In this document: piece after piece, positions 59,900 through 64,000 of the stretch
Position numbering within the stretch: position 1 is the stretch's first letter
Layout: every line of letters starts with the position of its first letter
Source: Takakia lepidozioides
Taxonomy: Eukaryota > Plantae > Bryophyta
Assembly (NCBI GenBank): GCA_030704615.1
Contig: CM060731.1
Span: 73,904,001 to 73,968,000 of the forward strand
Reading direction: 5' to 3'
DNA length: 64,000 nt
Notes under the pieces: model-generated
The model's input: the letters and a program-made list of their open reading frames with translations, nothing else
The model's database searches: none
What the model was told of the DNA's origin: nothing
Program-made: the position numbers and the translations under genes

Positions 59900-62600
59900 C
59901 TTCTTTCGGTCCGTTATGGCGTATCGTGGAGAGTCCTCAGAAGATGTAGAAGAGGAGGCTCTTTCTTCAGAGGCAAAGGGCGAGGTCGCAGCTGGAGTTT
60001 CCAGCATGGCTGCTTTGAGGATACGTCCTCCTCATTTCCCTCTTTGCTAGGCAGATGCCCTGTCCAAGTTAACTCTTCGGGCCCTGTCCAAGTTCATTCT
60101 CTGCCTGGGCCTGTGGATAATGTTTCTTGTCCAAACTCGGCGATCATGGTCGAGGAGGGAGACAAGGTCTGGCATCTAAACATGGATACTATCATGGGTC
60201 AAACCTCTAAGATGCAGAGTAGAGGAGTTCTACTGCATTTCCCTGATAAATTGAAAGATCGCAATTGGGTGCAAGAGTGGGTAATCGAGCATCTGGGGGC
60301 AATGGACAACGTTTTTTGTCTGCCAATGGGCAGAGGATTCTTTGTTGTGATGTTTGAGTCTCAGGTAGCTATGGCCAAGGCGTTGGCCTTCAATCCACAC
60401 GTCTCGACACAAGGTGCACATTTCCACTAGGGACATAAGAATGGACTCCCTGAGATCGGGGCTGGGTTTGGAGACTACTTAGGTTGTCTCAGTGTCTTTG
60501 ATCCGGAAGCGAGTAACGCTATGGTGGCCGAGATGACAGGTTGGGGTCCTTTGTCGAACATCAGCCACATTGGAGACACTGGAGCTCCTAAAGATTGTGG
60601 TATTAATGCCTGAGTCGGCTGCAGTCCCAAAAGCGATCAAGTTGCCCTCCCTGGTTTGCCCTTTCATCTCTGTGGCAATGTTCGAGGAGCAACTTTGTAT
60701 GGTTTGCCACGCCTGCAATGGTGTTGGGCATTTTAAGGCAGATTGCCTTGTGATTAAAAGGAAATGAGAGGCCAATGAGGCGGAGCGTTCCTATGGTTCC
60801 GATGGTTCAAGTGTCAGTTCTTTTTCATTCTCCTCTTCTTAACATCTCCAAGTCTCCCCCCTCCCCAATGCTCACCCTGGCTATCATGCATCTAGCTGTC
60901 TCTTCTTCTTCTCCTGAGGGTCAGGCAAAAAAGAAACTATGTACTCCCAGCCTCTCTCCTGCAAGGGCTAGAGTAGAGTAGTTCGTAGAGATGGGAGTAT
61001 AGTTTCCTCGGGGGCGGCTAAAGTAGCGCTTATTCATAATGCTACCCTTCCTCTAGTTTTCTCTATCGACCGGTATTGGGACTCACCCTCGGGCTTCAAA
61101 GATAACCTGGCAACAAGATGTCTTCGTCTTCATTTTTTCAATCATCTTTGCCTCGCTTCCAGCCCCGCCTTTGGTCCTAAGATGAGTAATGCAATTATCT
61201 CTCTAATTCCGATTGTTTATCGCTCTATCCCAGAGGGCCCAAAAATTCTGTTGACAAACTCTTTGGTGGGTTTGGCCAATACTTGGGTCACACATGACGA
61301 CTTGTTGGAGTTTTCAGATCCATCTCAGGAGGTGCAGTTGATCATGACAAAAATTCAGTCTCTTTTCTTGGCGGAGGTCACTTACCCATCTCTCCACTCT
61401 GGTTCCCAGACTCACTTTGGCTCTTACCTGACGGATAATTGCAAACATTCCTCTTTCTCAACCGTCCAAGTGTTGGTGGTCCTTGAGCACAAGGACGTTA
61501 TGACTGATGACAGCTGGGGAGGTTGTTGGTCAAATGGTAGTGTTATCCCCAATGACTTTGGAGCTAACATGGATTTTGAAGAGCGGGACTCGGCCACCTC
61601 AGCTTTGGTGGCTGTTTGTTTGATCATTCATGCCATCCTCGAGAAGAAGGAGCAAACTCGCAGATCCTAAAAGGGTAAGCAAGTACTCGTGGATGATGGG
61701 TGTGAAGAGCTTAGCTCTCAGGGAGAAATTGGTGCTCATCTACCAAGGATGGTCTGCCCCCCTACCCCAAAGGGTTCTCCCCAAGCTTTGGTTCCATTTG
61801 GTCTACCTTCTCCCCTGGTAAAAATCTCCCCCCCCCTCCCCTTTCTTCTCTGGAGTCCTTGGTGGTCGAGATGCAGGCCAGTTCCAACAACCCTGTCAGT
61901 AGTGAGCCGTCAATTTTTTGTCCCTCCTTGCTGGCAAGTTAAGGTTGGAGTCACTTGGGTGGGCTTTCTGCGATTATCTCACAAGGCTGTGATCTCTTCC
62001 TCTCAATTTGTGTGGCTATCGGTTCTTCCACCACACGATAAACGAACTAAATTCGGGGCTTATATATACAGGCCATCTATTCAAGGAGATTCCTTGAGCC
62101 TGGATCCTATTCATCCTCCATGAATTTTAATACACACTCCTAGAATATAAGAGGGCTTGGCTCGGAGCCCTCGGTCCCAAAACGAACAAAAATCAAGAGA
62201 TGGCTTCTTTCTATGTTATCCTCTTCCTCTATAATTCTTTTGCAAGAACATAAACGTAATCAAAGCAAAATTGATAACCTGGGGAACTAGCTATGGCATG
62301 GCCAAACAACTTGGTGGAACCCTACCTCTAAAAGAACACGCGGGGGCACAGCCTGCTTTGTCAGTCATTCCATTCTTCCAAATATTTATTCCTATGAGAT
62401 CTGGTGTCAAGGGAGGGTGCAATGCCTTTTTATTAACACCCCGAATGATGCTGGCTCTATAGGTTTGATCAATGTTTATGCCCCCAAATTCAGGTATTGA
62501 TCAAGCTCAGGTCTGGAGTTTAATCAAAGATAAAATTCTGGTCTGCCCCTTGATAGATCATTGGATTTTAGCAAGTGATTTCCGACCAATATGTGGAACA
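59900..62600 (+). mobile_element. Degenerate L1 LINE 5' part (ORF1 and endonuclease start)
   Basis: ORF1 has DUF4283-like MGRGFFVVMFES..MAKAL and zinc knuckle CHACNGVGHFKADC. ORF2 from 62120 reads MNFNTHS*NIRGLG, IILLQEHK, LINVYAP. Many stops. Confidence 0.82.
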
Positions 62601-63230
62601 TAGACTTACTTTCAACACATATTGGCCTACGCTACCTAAGGCCCCAATCTACTTCAAACGACGAGTGATGAGGTTATATATGCATGAGTTTATGCTTCAG
62701 ATTTGTGAGCTCGTGCTTGTATTCTTCTTCTTTATCACTCAAGAAATATCAGCTCGTATCTGTAAGTGCCAGATACGAGTTAGTTGTAGCACTTGTGGTT
62801 TTTGCTTGAGAATGAGAGAAACCAGGCTGTTATGCAAGGAGCACCGTGGAGCTCTTGGTTGTTAGAAGCGGAGGCGATGTGGGTTACGAGGTGGTAGACC
62901 TTGGCATTCGATCTTTAGCTTCAGAGATAAAAGCACCATGCTGCAGTGTACTTTGTGGAGTATGTTGAGATTGGGTTTCAATCTCGAGCTTCAGCATTGA
63001 GAGGGCTCTTGTCATGGCAAGAGCAGGGCTGAAACAGGAGCTAAGAGGTACGGCAAGACAATGGAATGTGCACCTAGGGTTTCAGAGCTTGGAAAAAGAG
63101 CTCTTGCACCACAAGAGGAGTGTCTTGTGGCTGGAAATGTAAGCCTTAGGGTTTCAGGAGCTTGGCAAAGGCTGTGGAGTGCTTAGTCTTATCTTAGAGA
63201 GCAGCAATGAGCCAAGGAGCCAAGATAGGG

Positions 63231-64000
63231 GCCTGATACCTCTTGTGTGAAGAGGTTGCATGTGTGGAGCATGTATTCAGCTCATTGAAGCTTCCATCTT
63301 CAAGTTGGAGGGCAAGCAAGGAAGAGGGAAGGGCTGACTTCCCTTATGTGAGAGCAATGCATGTGTGGAGCATGCTTTCAGCCTGTTGAAGGCTTGTACT
63401 TTCAGGTTTGGGAGTGCAAGAAAGGAAGCAAAGGGGCTGATTCTCTTGTGGTGAGAGTAGGGCATGTGTGGAGCATGCCTTCAGTCCATTGGGCTTTTGT
63501 TTTCAAGCTTTAGAGAGCTAGAATGGAAGGGCTAGGGCTGGTTCCCACTTGGGTGAAAGAAAAGCACTTGTAGGGCATATGTGAGGTGGGGTTTCAACCT
63601 CAAGCCTAGATAGAGCATGGCTCTTGAAGTGGCATGTAGGGGGCTGGAATAGGCTCTAAGACAGATGCTATGGCCAAGGAAAAGGCTTGAATGAGTGCTC
63701 ACAAGGGCTGGAAACCAGCAAGGCTTGGTTGTTTGCCATTGAGTTTAGTGGCGTGTTTGGGGAGTCTAAGTGAGAAAGAAGGCTTGGTTTGTGGCAACCA
63801 TCTTCCTCATGTCTTAGGGCTACTATTGGTGGTGTGTGGGAGCCGAAAGAGCAAGAATACCTTGCTGATTTTTTCACAGCCGCCATAGCTCGGTGCAAAG
63901 AAGCCTAGAGTCCAAGAGACACAAACCCTAGCTTGGCATGGCTAAACCCCTTGGAGAAATGGCTAAACTGTCATGAGTGGCCTGTGGGGCTGTGATGGGC
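63231..64000 (-). mobile_element. Probable LTR with ~102-bp internal tandem repeats and PBS-like site
   Basis: GCATGTGTGGAGCATG..TTCAG recurs at about 63258, 63359 and 63462. PBS-like AGGTATCAGGCC (minus) at 63241-63230. Confidence 0.4.

Overview
Eukaryotic, land-plant nuclear DNA. It is probably a non-seed plant with flagellated sperm, inferred from PLS-type PPR remnants, a chromovirus and a SHIPPO-repeat fragment. I could assemble three intact, spliced, minus-strand genes by hand with consistent intron phases: a secreted HOTHEAD-like GMC oxidoreductase (1012-4033), a MATE transporter (31457-34763) and a 13-exon GH1 beta-glucosidase (46857-53322). Two plus-strand remnants of a second GH1 gene (6763-7746 and 53801-54790) are nearly contiguous pieces of the same gene model but lie 46 kb apart. 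The rest is mobile DNA and gene debris: a CACTA-ended element with a 4-bp duplication, a large foldback-type element carrying a 120-bp satellite, two copies of a ~100-nt structured retroposon with TSDs, nested Ty3/gypsy elements, L1 LINEs, tRNA-type SINEs, a hAT MITE, and PPR, PARN and OSB-like pseudogene fragments. All alignments were made by eye; no database searches were run.
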